Part shown: piece after piece, positions 12,601 through 27,600 of the stretch
Layout of the letters: every line of letters begins with the position of its first letter
Numbering within the stretch: the stretch's first letter is position 1
NCBI GenBank assembly: GCA_040954595.2
Contig: CM082582.2
Location: 3,952,303-4,016,302 of the forward strand
Length of the DNA: 64,000 nt
Direction: 5' to 3'
Source of the DNA: Balanoglossus misakiensis
Taxonomy: Eukaryota > Animalia > Hemichordata
Notes under the pieces: model-generated
What the model was told of the DNA's origin: nothing
What the model saw: the letters and a program-made list of their open reading frames with translations, nothing else
Databases searched by the model: none
Program-made: the position numbers and the translations under genes

Positions 12601-15600
12601 AGTTGATCAGAATTTTCAGAAATGTGTTGTATATTTGAGATTGATGTAGTATTCACATGATAAATAACCAGATGGAAGACCAGCTGGACATATGGATTGA
12701 TTTTCCCCACATTTTGAATTGTACAGCCAGGCGACTGCATCTTGGACTGTACCATTCTCTGGTGGGATGGTTAGCGTCAGGGGTATCGTCATGAATTTTT
12801 TTAAAAAGGAAGATTTAAAAATGACTTTATTTAAAAACCAAAAATTGAATTTATTCACGAAACTAAATCACTTTTAAATAAATTCATAACCGTAACCCTA
12901 TCACTAACCCTAACCCCAGTGCTAACCTTGGCCAATGCAGAGTGGTAATGTCCAAGGTCTCGGCTCGTGTGGCAGTACAATTTACAACTTTGGCATATAG
13001 CACTCAATCCTTCTCAGATGTAATGTTGACATCTGATGCCACTTCACTGGTTTTCTCATCACCAAATAACACTTCTGCAGAAAAAAAAAAAGTTTTTGAA
13101 ACTGCTGAAGAGCTCTTTCACTTTAAACTACCAGCTCTTTTTATGAGATTATTTGCGCAGAAACACCCCTGTACTGAAATTCTTTCTAATGAGGTCACAG
13201 TCATTGATTTTAAGGGAAAATATTGGATTTAGAATTAAATTTCAACTAGCAGTTAAATTTATATTGCCAGCGTAAAATTTTGAATGGCTAGTGTGGGTCC
13301 TGTAATGGAATAAACAACAGCAACATTAAGATCAGTTTTGACTATAGTATTGGCACAAGTGTGTGCCCACTTGGCCACTAAAGGGGGAGGTCACCAGGGG
13401 TGGTTTTGTGTATATGTGTCCTGGGAGGTTGGTTAAAGCCAATAGAGGTCATTTGCACCAAACAAAAGTCACCCGTTTTGCTAAAATCAAAGAATAACTG
13501 AATTTGTAGGGCTTCAAAATAGTGCATTGTGGGGGAAAAAGCACCAAATCTGACCATGTGACCTGGTCTCAACCATTGATGTACAGGTCCGAAGCACTAT
13601 TGATTTCAATGGATGCAAACAATAGAGTGGGCCATTTAAAGGTCATCCGGTCAATAGTGCATTGCTTTTAAAAAAGATTTAAAACAGTCAAACAGGTTTA
13701 TGTCTAAAGCGTAATCTATGGTTGGTTGAATCTAACCCATAGGTCTCTTCTCTTAATCGACTACATGTACAAGACACATTGCATGTCCCTTTCTGGTTCA
13801 GCCTGACTGACACCACATCAAACATGACCCAATTGGGATATACCAAAGGTGAAAGATATTAGGTTTAACATCAGTTTGTCTTTGAATATACCGGGGTACA
13901 CACATGTCTTGTCAGTATCAACATAAAACTTAGTCACCCATTTTGCCAGTCAAGTTTGAGAACTGCCTGGCCTGACCTCAGTTGTGAGGGCAAGACTGCA
14001 AATCGAAATCACACATTTTATGATCTGGATAGCTGTGGCTTATATATGACCTGAAATCAAACTTTTCAGTTGTCATTGCTTCAGACTAGCACAGTGACAT
14101 CAATATTAAATTTCATGTAAAACATGTTTATGTAAAATATCTGAGTCTGGTCATTTGTGTTTTATATCATTCTACTGTACAATTGCAATGTAGTATTATA
14201 CCGGTAGTTGATCAAAATGGAGTTTTTCAGCCATGTACATCATTGATACATTTGATCTGAAGCAAGATGTAATGTCATACGATGTAGTGTAGTGTGATGT
14301 AGTGTCCATGGGCACTACTTTTTTGAAGTCACCTGTTTGACTCTAATCACCAGCAGTCAGTATGGCACCCTACCGGCGCCTGTTTCCATGGTGGTGCCAA
14401 TCCCAATGTCCAATTTAATTTACAGTGATAGAGAGTCAATGCGGTATCACTTCTGTATGATGTTTTGTAATCTGTTTTACTGTAGTGTGATTAGATTGGC
14501 TATACCAAAGGTCATTGTAGGTGAAGAGGTTGTAGCAATGCATATATCTCCTGCTAGAAATCTTTACCAATGTCACAGCATTCTTGTCACAGCATTCTTG
14601 CTGTGACAAAGCCATTAACATTATGATGTTTTTCCCCCTTGTTTTTCACAGCCCTGGGACAGGTGATGCTATATGTGGATGGTATGAATGGAGTTATTGA
14701 ACATAATGAAACAATACAATGGTTATATTCCCTGATAGCATCAAAAGTAAGTTTTATATTCCAAAATGTGTAAAATGAGATGAATACTATGTGTTCAAAT
14801 GTAATGAGCCAACTTTATACATACTGGTAAGTTCATGTGGAAAGATTGTCATTTTCTATAATTTGATTATTAAGATGGGGCACCGGTATCTTTTTGTCAA
14901 TTGTTATGAGCCTATACAGGGCAGAACACTCTGTTTTGAATGATACCGCTATGAATGTCTGATCAGAGGCTTGCAATTATCACTAGTTGAAAATGCACAT
15001 GATGGTGAGCACACTCCCTGTGTGGCTATGGCTATGCCACCTCCAACTTGGCCATAGCATCTGTCAGTGCTAGCGTGTGCATCCTGTAACCACAGTAACT
15101 CGATGGAACCTTATTTTGAATGACTTTTAAGTTGTTGATTCTATGTATATAAGGCTTTGAACCTTGTCGAGTCCTCTGCTAAACACCATTAATTAGATTT
15201 AAAGATTTAAAATGCAATTGCATTAATTGTACCAGTGCCAGTGTTGTAATATTGTGCTCTATCCTCTTCCTTTGTTTCAGTTTCGGTTAGTGGTGAAAAC
15301 GTCGCTGAAACTGCTTCTAGTTTTTGTAGAGTACACAGAATCCAACACACAGCTGTTACTTCAAGCAATACACATAGTTGATAAGAAACATGGTAAGTCG
15401 ACACATACAGTCAAGGTCCATGATAAGAACCCTGACAAAGTGTAACTTGTTTAATTGTCATTGTTTTCTAAGGGGAACATAACTGAAAATTAAAAAAAAA
15501 CACATCTTTCTAGGGGGAAACATACAATGTTTCTTTGATATTTGCTGCATTTATAACTATTACAGCCTTCATAAAACGGTTCTGTAGTTTATCATTTTTT

Positions 15601-18600
15601 TGCGTTTTAGAGTTTGTAACTTGAAAACAGAACAGGTATTACATGTACAATATATAAATTAATGAAGGCCTGAAGAAAAATACTACTAGCAATGGATTGC
15701 TATTGTGTAGTTTACTGGAAAAAAGTTATAAATTACAGGTGTTTGATATAGCTGGTTGCATGACAACCAAATGTGTCCAGTTGTGTGATATATTAAATGT
15801 CAATATATTATATGAATTGGTCTCTCAATATTTAGAGAGTACTTCATTGGAAAGGGCCATTTCCTGTAATATAGAACCATAAACCACTTATAGAGACATG
15901 AAGTTAGGGGTACTGGGAAACTTATGTTTGAATGAATTATGATCTTCTCACAAAATGTGTGGGAAACTCAGTTTTCACCCAATCACTGCCCCATTTTGTC
16001 AGCGTTGACATTAAATATACAGAAGATTAACTGACAAACACATGTTTGTATAAACACATTTGTTTTCTAAGTTCATGGTACAGTTAGTAGATTGGCTGCA
16101 GACAACCAATGCATCATTGGCTGCAGACAACCAGTGTATCGTTGTGTAATGTTATGTCACTCATGCATAATTACAATTTTCGGTCTGATTGGAAAAACAT
16201 CTAAGGCGAAGGGTTTTCATTTGAGGCTAGCTGAATAAAAAGAGCATTTTTTAATATTGAACAAATTTCAGTCCAGTGTGATGATTTTTTTTCCGTAACC
16301 CCTTTCACTTTGTGGAAGACACATTCAATGGTCATTGGACCAAAGTTCAGTGTTGATGCACGCATGCATGCAGGCCCTTTCTGACCTCTTCTACCGTGTG
16401 TCTGAATTACAGGTCATCCACCCTGGCATAATGTGCTGTTATTGCTGAAAGATGAAGGGCAGGACTCGGAAATCTTGGTGTATACCATGACACTTGTCAA
16501 TAAGGTGAGGCGTTTCTCCCATGATATGATGTGTACAGTTTTAAAGAAAGGTCGTTGTCAGTCATTGAGAAATAACAGCTGGAAAAGGAGTCGACGTAGA
16601 GCAAGACTTGGGTCTTCCGAAGACATCACTACCTGCTGTGAAGCACTAAAGGTTGTGGCCAGATCAGGATCTCTCTCAGATTACCATTAAAAAAACTACA
16701 TTTGCTGTGTTAGCCACAAATTCCAGACATGTCTGTGTTCATTCACAGACCTTGCCCTTTGGAACGTGACTCTGGTAGAAATCTTGGCACCATCAGAGAT
16801 GCTGTAGATCAGCTGTGTTTTGTCAAATCTGCAGTTTAATTGACAATGTGTTATTATTAGTCCTGGCGGATGAAGGATGGGGCTGATAGATTTAGGTCTG
16901 TGTGTGTGTACACACATGCATGTGTACATCCATCTGTCCCCAGCCATTACTCCCGTCAGATGCTTTGACCAATTTCAATAATATAAAGTTGCCTTGAGCA
17001 AAAATGAGGAGTGTTAAGACATTGGTTTTTTTAAGTCACCTAATACTTTTAAATGAAAACCTGCATGTATTACAGAACTTTAACGTAAAGACCAGCAACA
17101 GAATGAGTCAGTACAATGTATTTGCATTCAGATAACTTTTTGGTCTTTGTTTCTGTAAAATGCATATATCAACAGATGATGGCAAAATATCAAAGAAGTG
17201 TCTGGCATATATTATCTCCCATTTTGATAAAGGGTTTGGGTTGGCTGCTGAAATGCTGGGAATTGATGTAGCATGATTCACTTCATTCTGTGTCAAATCA
17301 CAGGAGTCAATAAACATCAACTGCTCTGAGTTAGAAGACTGATAGGATGAATGATAGGCATAAGGAACTGGTTGGGAACTTTATACCCGTCATTGTGGTT
17401 CTTATATATTAATAATAATGATGGAACCCTGCCCTGGCCAAGTGGTTTGTTAGAGCGCCCTCTGCAGTCATAACGAAGTCTTAATCCCTTCTGTCAGTTT
17501 CTCTGAACAGCAGGGCGTAACAGGGCTTGGAGAAGGATTATGTAAACAGTGTTACAGTTACAAGAAATGTTTAATGTTTCCAGGGATTACAGAGAAAGTG
17601 TTAAATTTTCTTATTGGTTTAATTTTTTGAGATGGTCACCTTTTCTGCCCATGTTTACTATAGATTTACTGAGACCTGCAGTCATACATACAGGTAGTTC
17701 TTTGCTGAGCAGTTTGTATTATTTCTTACAGACTTTAAATGCAATACCAGATCAAGACACATTTTATGATGTAACAGATTCACTAGAAGAACAGGGTATT
17801 GATAGAGTTCAGCAAAAGTACAGTAATATGAGGGGAGGTGATCCAGATGTCAAGGAACAGTTTCAAATTTATGAGGTAAGATTATTCCTTGCTATTTTGC
17901 AACTTGGTGTATTCTCTGATCATACAATTATCTTCAGTCTTTCAATCCTTATTCCTGTTATGCCTCATTGTCCCTTCATACTTGTATTGCAGTTTTCAAA
18001 TGAATTGCTTGGTATAAACAATGATAGTGGCATTAATATAAAACAAAAACAACAATTTCAATTAGATGGCGTAGATTTGGTTTTGAAGCATGCACTGTCA
18101 TGATTTACTATAACACGGGAAACTTCTCTAGAGCCCCCAAAATGTGAAAACAAAAAGTCGCGTAAAAATGTTTTTCGGAGATATTGATGCAGTTGGAGAA
18201 ATACGAGAACATGAAAATTAATCGTCACGCAACAGTTGCCTCTTTTGATATCGCAAAAATTTCCTGTCGCGAAAATTTCTCCTTTTCCAGTATTTTGTGT
18301 ACACATTAAATTCATTATGCCGGTCATCGTATGGCTCTGACTGGATCAGACTTGCGTCTGTTCTCATGAATGAAATTGAACAAATAGAAAATTCAGTGAA
18401 TTGTTGAACACATATTTGAATATCCTTGTACTCACACCGCCAAACTGGATGTTTTTTTAGGCTGCTCTGAAGCATGCAGATGGTGACATTGACATCCCAG
18501 TGGAACGACAAAAAGACCTCCGACAGCGGCAGAGATTGCAACCGGAAGAGAAGAGGAAAAGCAAGCGCAGCTCAATGAAAGTCTCAGAACCTTACAGAGT

Positions 18601-21600
18601 ACACAATGCAGTTAGAAACTTAAACAGCGGATTGAAAGTGATGGATGAACAAGAACCAGTACGGAACGCTACAAGGAGGAGGAGACGACAGAGGTAGGAT
18701 GTGATGGCTCAGTGTTCGGCATCAGAGCAATCTACACACTTGATGAGTGTCGAACAAAAAGTCAGCAAAATGAAAACATTGATGAGTACATTGTGCATCT
18801 ACAATGTGCATCTTAAGTTAGTTGAATAGAACACAACCCTGTATGATAAACCTCAACTCAACTGTCAATTTTGAATTTTTTTCCTAGCTGAAGAAAATTC
18901 AATCTACTGTAAAATGGGAAATTTGCAAACGATAAATTTTCGCGAAATACATAAGAGCAAAAATTACCGGAAGAATAAAAAGTCACGTAAAATGTTTTTC
19001 GGATATACATGTAACGATGCAGTGAAATACGAGAACACAGAAATTAATCCTCACATAACAGTTGCCGATGTAGATATCGCAAAAAATATCCTGTTGCGAA
19101 AATTTCCCGTTTTACAGGATATGATTTTTGGAATAATAGTTGACATGACAATGTAGACCTTGTTTTTTTGAGAGAAGTGTGTTGATCCGCCCTTTTCTTT
19201 TCTATTTTAAGAATTCTTTCAAGAAGATCACGCGCACAAGCAAATGACCATCACACGGTCTCTCTAACACTCCCTGTTTTCCTAACTGTGTTACAGAAGC
19301 AGGGCTTCTTCATCCGACCTGGAGACCTCCTTGGTCGTTTCACCAACAATCCCTCAAGCAACTATAGAAACAACAGTAACAGAAAAGCCAGTGGATCCAC
19401 CACCACCACCAAGCTCAGCAGAACGCAGAAATCCCAACATCTCAAATTTGATGGAAAGTTTCCGACAGAGGAAGGAACGGCTGCAGGCAGCTCGCAATCA
19501 AATCAGTCTGGAAGACTCACCATCATCTCGTCTCAATGGTTCCATCAGGACTCCACCTCAACAGCCTGTGCCAGTTCCTAGTAAGTGATACGTCACAGTC
19601 TTTCAGTTTTCAGATATGAGAACTTGCTCTCACTTCCAGGTTGCTACAAAATTTCCCGAGACCCAACATCCATGTTATGTATTCACAGACAAATATTGTG
19701 ATATCCATAGAAATTTCAGGTGAATGATATCCTTCAGTCTTCTCTAACGGCCACTTCAAAATCTTCAAGTTCAGTGTTTCCCATTGTGCATTTGAGTCGT
19801 TCTGTTTCGGCATACAAATGCACATTACCTTTCGCAGACTTGGCCGCCTATTAAGAAACATCGATCATGGCACCAAATTGACACAGTTGTAAAATAAAAG
19901 GTGTCAAGGTGTAGATATTATGACATGAATTGCATCAGAACCTTGACTTTGCCCTTCCATATGATTAAATCAAATGTTTGGTGTCGGGGTCTGCAAACTG
20001 CATCTTCAAAACTGTATAGTTAAGTTGTTTAGTTATTTGATATGGACACGGTGCTGACTAGATGATTTATGACAACTGAAGGTAGGTAATGTTAGGTAGC
20101 ATGACATTTACACACACTGTAGGTGTCCGTAGACTTCATATGTGAACTATCCCCTTGAGCTGTCTCCTTTTCTATCCTGTTGTAATGTATGTTATGTATC
20201 TGTTCTGTTGTACGCGTCCTGTTACTGCTTATCACACACATTGCTTTTACCAGTCTTAAATGAATTACTGTAACACCAGTCACATATAGTTACAGCTTTC
20301 CTCTGTGACTTCATTCATACACAGTACATTGGTCACAGTAAGTTCTCTGTGACACTCATGTGTCACAAATTTTGTCAATACAGTATCTGTCAGCCATCAG
20401 TGTTTATGGTTGGGTTATTGAAGTTTGTTATAACCTAACATCTCTGTCTTCGCCACAGAATATTTTCATATAAACCTCATCTGAGGAAAAATTCCTATTT
20501 GGCAAAAATGGAATTCCAAGCATTGCATATGGTTTGCCATTAACAATAGAATTCAAACTCTATTTTGTCAGCCCAACCTCTCATGCTTGTTGGCACCTGT
20601 GCTTGTGCATTTTTGTTATGGATATGACAGTTTGCCAACTTTCATGCTGTTAAGTTCAGTTAGATCTTTGGCATTCTTGTACCTGGTTCAGTGCTGACTA
20701 GATAGGAATGGCATACATGGACATGAACCTTGTATGTGTATATATTGCCATTATAATACTGAACAATGCTGACTTGTTCGCGATGTCAGTCATTTGTACT
20801 TTATTGTTTTTGACACAATGGAGGAAAGTCACACCAAGACTTCTGAATTATCCTATGCTTAATTCTTACATATAATCCCGTGATATCTGTCTTTGTTTGA
20901 CATAATCCTTTACAAATGTTTTTCGTGGAGCAGTGCAACTTCAAGCTGTAGGTTGATGACGTAGAACAGGGGTGATACTGTATGTATTTTTGATCTGTCC
21001 TGGTCTACGTCACACAGGTGGTGATATTGGGCCAGTTCATGTGATAAATTTCTGTGTTCAATACCAATGATAAAGTATTTTCCTGTTGCCATGAGCAGTC
21101 TCACATTTGCCTCTGTGTGTTGGTACAGTTAAACTTGTCTTTCACCTTTCCCCATTGTTTTACTGTGATCTGTGTATTTCCCGTTTATAATGTGATGACG
21201 TGTCTTGTGCATTTCCCTTTGATGTGATGGCGTGTCTGTTGCTGCTAGGTGTTGCTTTTGCTATCAATCATATTTCATCACACGTACCTTGCAACCATTA
21301 GATACAGATGATGACACAGTCACTGCTGAGGACGAAGCCATGTCAGTTGAACCGCAAACCACAGAAGATGTAGTTTCACCCGAAGAAGTAACGCACAGTC
21401 CTCAGCTATCAGGAAAAGGTGACTTAGAAACAGTTTTGGAACAGAAATCACACACAGCGTGTGATCCAATAGATGAAATTTCCTCTGAAGTACCACAGGA
21501 TGGAGACAGCAGCATTGTCGTGGGGAATTACAAAGCTGATAAGGATGAAACGCCATCATGTATTCGGGATGAGACTTGCAGCAGTCTGGTGGAGGAGAGT

Positions 21601-24600
21601 GTTGATGTAGTCTCGCAGTCTGTAGACCAGTCAGAAGTGAAAGGGGCTGAGGAGACCCTGGTATCTGATAGAGAAGTGGAGAGTGGGCCACGCACTGGTC
21701 TGGTGTCTGAAGATAGGTCACCATTAGATCACCAGAGAGATGAGAAAGACATGTCAGGGACAACAGAGGCTCCAGTTGATGGTTGTATTGAAGAAGCATT
21801 GTCTGCCGAGCAACCACCAGGCCTAACTTCAACTGCTGAAACTCAGCTTGAATTGGCGTCTGACCAACCATCTGATGATCAGAGTGTTGAGATCAACTTG
21901 TCAGGGACTCTAGAGATGTCACCTGCATGTGATAGTGTTGAATTAGTTTGTGAAGAGTTGCTGCAAGATGATGGGGTCTTGATAGGGATACCCACTGCTG
22001 ATGACAGTACTGTCAAAATACAGGAGATGTCAAGTTCAACACAACCAGCAGATTATGTATCACTAGATATCATGCACTCAGAGTGTCATGGTGAGAATAA
22101 TGATGAGGTGCAGACGTTGGATTCTCAAGATATTGCGGTAGAGTCCTCTGAAGGTGCTTTGGATGTTGAACAAGAATGTAAGAGTTTTGTGACAGGGGAA
22201 GGAACTGAAGGGGGTATAGTTTTAGCCAGTGGCGATGATGTCACTGGGACCAGTGGTGATGATGTCATTGAGACCAGTGGTGATGATGTCACTGGGACCT
22301 GTAAAGATGGTGTCATTGGGCCCAGTGGGGATGATGTCACTGTGACCAGTGGTGATGATGTCATTGCGACCAGTGGTGATGATGTCACTGTGACCTGTGA
22401 AGATGATGTCATTGGGACCAGTGGGGATGATGTCATTGCGAACAGTGGTGATGATGTCACTGTGACCAGTGGTGATGATGTCATTGGGACCGGTGGTGAT
22501 GATGTCACTGAAACCTGTGGTGATGATGTCACTGGAACCAGTGGTGATTATGTCACTGAAACCTGTGAAGATGATGTCACTGGAACCAGTGGCGATGATG
22601 TCACTGAGACCTGTCTTGATGTCAATGATGTCAGAAGTGGTGGTGACTTGGAGAAGTGTATTGATGAGATATCTGATAAAGATTCACCTGAAGACCTGGG
22701 AAAGCCAATGGAGCAGTCAGCTGCAATGAATGCCACAGTCTGTGAGGTGGCAGATGATGAAACAGAAACTGAACAAGAAGGCAGACATATTAAATCAGAT
22801 GTTACCATGGTTACAGACGAGTGGGATGTTAATAAAGATGGCGGTGATGATGATGTATTTGAGTGTGAGACTGGCACAGCTGATACAGGAGTAACAGATA
22901 ACAAAGATTTTAATGAAAGTGAGTAGTGTGCCAAGTAACAAAAGTGTGCAGTGAGTGTCTAAGCATTAGCTATGTAGAACTAACATAAACAGAGTTAAGT
23001 TTGAGTCTTTAGTTGTTGAAAGATTTGCCTGGAGTTGCTACTTACAGGGTTGGAGTGATTTTATTGAACTTTTAAAGGCCTGTGTAGTATTGATTTGTTT
23101 TCCAGTCAAAGCATGAAATGAAACAGAGAGTAGTACAAATCCAGTACCTCCAATGCATCTCATGCGATGCCGTCATGCATCTGGTCATCACAGGACGTCT
23201 TTTTTACTCTGTAACTAACTGTGGTGATACCTCATGTCTGGTGTTTTCTGTGTGCATTTTTATTTGCCATCTTGCATGACTAACGCATCTTTCAAGTTTA
23301 ATACAGTGAAAGCAGTCATTACAGACACCTCTCTATTAAGGACAGACTTTCTGTTCCCATAGGTGTCCTTAAAGGTATACGGTCACCAAGGGAAAATTAG
23401 CTGTAGTTACCATGGCAAATTGAGATCTAGCCAATCGCAGATTTTCAGTGGGTGGCACACGCGAAAAAAAGAGCGCCACCGTATGTTCTTTAGAACGCTC
23501 AAGTACGCCATTTCAGCCATATATGGGTACATGTATAAATATGAAAATTGGAGGTGACTGTATACCTTTAATAGACAGGTTTCACTGTACTTCATAATCT
23601 TTCAGCATGTCATTCACTTTCTTCTTCTTTTCATGGTTATTCACCTTTCCTTTATTTTATTTTGGTTACATTTCATTTCAAAGCTGATGATGAGACCTTT
23701 GATTTCTCATGGCTGTATGCTAGTACCTACTCAGATTCTATGCCCACATCATCTGAAGTAGATATAACCACTGAGAGTGAGTATTGGAATCTGACAACAA
23801 TGGTTTCTCCCATGCATGAAAAGCCAGTTTTGTAACTATGCATATCATTGTACATGAAGCATCATCAAAATTTAGCAATTCACCAACTCAAATTTATCAC
23901 TTTTGTTTCTTCAGTGCAAGAGTTGTACATTTGTAGGTTTCCTGCTCTTCTACATAATCATTGTACATACCATATGAACATATAGGTTACGGTTTTACTC
24001 CCTCAAAATTAAATGAACCATGTAGACTTTTTTGCAGTTTTGTTGTGATTATAAATTTATTTTTGTTAATTATAGTTTCCTTTATTTTCCCAGTTTGCTT
24101 TGTGTGATTCTAGCTTCAAGATCCAAAATCCAAAATTATTTCAAATCAACGGCAATAACCATTCACATTCCATTCCACACTTCTTTTGCTGATTCACAAC
24201 TGTTTGAGTTGAAGTTGCATTTTATTTTGTTTTGTTTTGCCTAGCTTTCTTTCTTTTGTTTGTTGTTTATATTGTTTTTAATTTGCCACTTTTATTTCAA
24301 AGATGACAGTTTGACATCTACAACTCCATCAAGCCTCATTGGAGACGTGCACCATGACACTACACCCCATCTTGACTCTCACCATTCAGGTATTCATAAC
24401 GCCTTTCACTTTTTCATTACATTTTCCATTTTCATCATCATCTCATAACATTTTCTATCAACCTCTGGTCTGTCCTGTCTGTGAAAATCCAAGAAATGCA
24501 TTGCTGGTAATACCTTCTTCATACTTTGTTCTTGTAGCAACTCCAGACAGACAAGTTTTTGCGAAAGATTTACGACAATATTGAGTCAATATTTTGTATT

Positions 24601-27600
24601 AAACTAAAACACTTTGGATATTTCATTGTAAAGTCAAACCTGTGTATAGTGGCCAGTCAAGGGACTCTCCTAACTGGCTTTTATAGACAGGTGGTTTTTT
24701 ATAGACAGTTCAATGAACGTTCATGTAAATTGCACAAGGACTGCAATAAAGTGGCCACTATATAGAGGTGGCCACTATCACAGGTTACATAGTTTTGCTG
24801 CATTCAACAATACATTATTGCTTTTATATTTTGAATACAAGATGAGGAAACACAGGCAATTACTGCATTAGATGATACAGATGAATTACTTATACCATCA
24901 TGGCTGCATACACAACCTGAATGTACTCTTGATAAACTTAAAGATGGCCGTCAACGTGAGTATTGTCAGCTGAGCAACCACCTCCCTAATTGACACAGGA
25001 TTTGCCGTGCAAGTGTTGTCATGACCATCAAACTAATTTCTTCCCTGAAGTTGTTCCCACTGAGTGATGTTTCCCTACATCCCTATATACCTCTCCTTTC
25101 CTTGCATTGCACTGCAGTCAAAAGTCAATACTATATACGTGTAGTATACCAGACTGCTTCCTTTATTCACACTGTCTTCTAAGAAGGCAGCATACATGCA
25201 TTATGTATTAAGCGCACAAACACAGTGAAACTGAATAAAACATATTTCCATCTCTGTATTTTTTGTGTTTCTATTAAAGACAGCACAGTGTGGGTTTTCT
25301 ATATCAGATGTACTGATGTACAGTCATATCTACTGTACATGTACCATACTTTCAAATGAGTGGGCATTGTTGCCATGATCTTTTGACTAACTACTAAAAT
25401 TGACTGCCATATGCAGTTGTTAGCATTACTGCAGGTGAAAAGTATTCAGGCAGTTTTTGATACTGCGGAGTTTGATCGTTGCATATCTGTCTTACCATTA
25501 AATGATTAAATCTTCGATTTAGGGTAAATGTTATGCATTCATTTTCAGTGTATAGCCAGTGACTGTTTGAAGCTGTAATTTGTGAAATAATCTGCAGTAT
25601 CGTAGTATGATCAGATGATAATGTACCAGTTTATTTTTTCATGGGGGGGGGGGGGGGGGTTATGAAAGGATCAAGCATTGGATGCTGGTACTTGTAGGAA
25701 TGTATGGTTTGGAGTTTGTGGGCTGACTTTCAGAGAGCAATGTACCGATAGCTCACATAGCTACACAGCTTTGTAGATCTGCATTCAATGTAAGCATAGT
25801 TTGATGTAACCTGAATACGAATACTGAATATGAAAAATCTACACTGTAAAGTGACACTATTTGAGAATGGGGTGCTGGTTCTTTGATCTTATATAAGGGG
25901 TGGAGTGCATGTTTTTTGAAACTGTATATGAATATGATGGGTGGATCTATGGAATACTTTTAGCAAGAATTTCAAGTGATATGCTGGTTGGTTGATACCG
26001 ACATTGAAACTTAGGGTGGAGTGAAGAATGCTAAAGTATGAATCTGGATATTGAGAAAACAGTGACGATATCAAGTGGTGATATCTGTTTGGAGTCAATA
26101 GATATGGTCGTACACTTGCTGTACATGGGATATTCTAGAACATGGTTTCCATCTTCAGAGGAAGAGTTGCCATTTTTGAGTTGAGAAAACTCTGACCTCC
26201 GTGTACTATTCCACTGCATTTTGTAATGTCATATGCAAACATAGTATGTTATGTCTACTTTATACAAAACACTTCCTCAATGTTCTGTGTAGTGACTTCA
26301 TTTACAGATTTAGCTTCTCATACGTGTGCGGTCAAATTGTGATCAAATTTGATTTTCACTGTGAGTGTTTGACCCAGTCTATCATTCTCATGTCTGTGGA
26401 TCAAACAAACCTTCTACATACAACTGAGGGCTGCTAGCAATTACATCATAGTCCACATTATCTTTGTTACCTCCTTGGCTCTTCAAAATCTTTTCCTACT
26501 CTTTTTGCTTTAACTACTTTCTAAATGTGTTCTTCTATACCTGTCTTCTAGTTATCTCAACAACAGTGGTTGAAGAAACGTTTGACCAAGATAACACTCA
26601 CAATGTCGCTGATGTTGTCTTTACTGCTAAACTTCCTTCAACATCACCTCCTCTGCGTAGTAAGTATCTCTCCTCTCTTCTCTTTGTTCCGTTGTCTCAT
26701 CTATTCCTATTCTCGACAGTCTGTTATCATCCCCATGGACTACCTAAATGGAATCCCCCATCCACGAATGACATGCACAACCTGGTGAATTCCATTGGCA
26801 GTAGTGGGGATGAAAGAGCGTTTTGTGTTGTTTACCCTTTTCACTCCCTGTATATAATGTCCATCTTCTGTTTTTGTTTTGAGTCAAATGTGTTCCTGCG
26901 TTGTAACCTAATCCTCTGCTGTTCTCCAATCTTTCTCTGACTCTTTCTTACTATTTCTTTCCTCAACTTGATTTCCTTTTTCCAAGGTGAAGAACCAAGC
27001 ACCTTTTCAAGCCCAGGGGACAACAATCAAGCTGCAACAGAAGGTACTAGAAATATGTGAACACCCTCGGGATTTTCTCTAACTTTTCACTTTCATTTCT
27101 TTTTTATCCTTTTATGTTCCACTCTACATTGTATTAAAGGGACAAAGTCTCTCTCTCGCTGCCCTTTTCCCATTAATTTTATTTGATACAAGACACTGTT
27201 TATATTATTCTACATCTGGATATATAGTGAATCAATGTTCAACCACACACAACTTCCATCCAACTTGTAGACACGAGAGTGAAAAAACTCGCCAAAATGA
27301 ATAATCGGTGTTTATTCATTTTGGCGAGATTTTTACTCTCATATTCTGCAAACGGGATAGAAGTTGTGTAGTCGAACGTTGATTCACTAAAAAATCGACA
27401 TGTAGAATAACATAAACGGTGTCTTTAATCAAATATAATTAATTAAAAAAATGCCTACGAGAGAGAGAGACTTTGTCCCTTTAAGTTTTAATTTTTCTCT
27501 TGCCTGCCATAATGTCAAGTATTCAGACATGACATTGATTTCACAAAATGATTCTGACACCACTGTATCACACAGAATGATCATTAATCCCCCCATCTGA

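Noticed and set aside
12886-12930. Degenerate TAACCC (telomere-like) repeats
   Set aside because: Only a few imperfect units, also seen near 48241; probably part of an old interspersed repeat rather than an interstitial telomere.
24538-24584. Possible exon after tttgttcttgtag ([14 protein letters not shown])
   Set aside because: Reaches TGA without a convincing in-phase donor.
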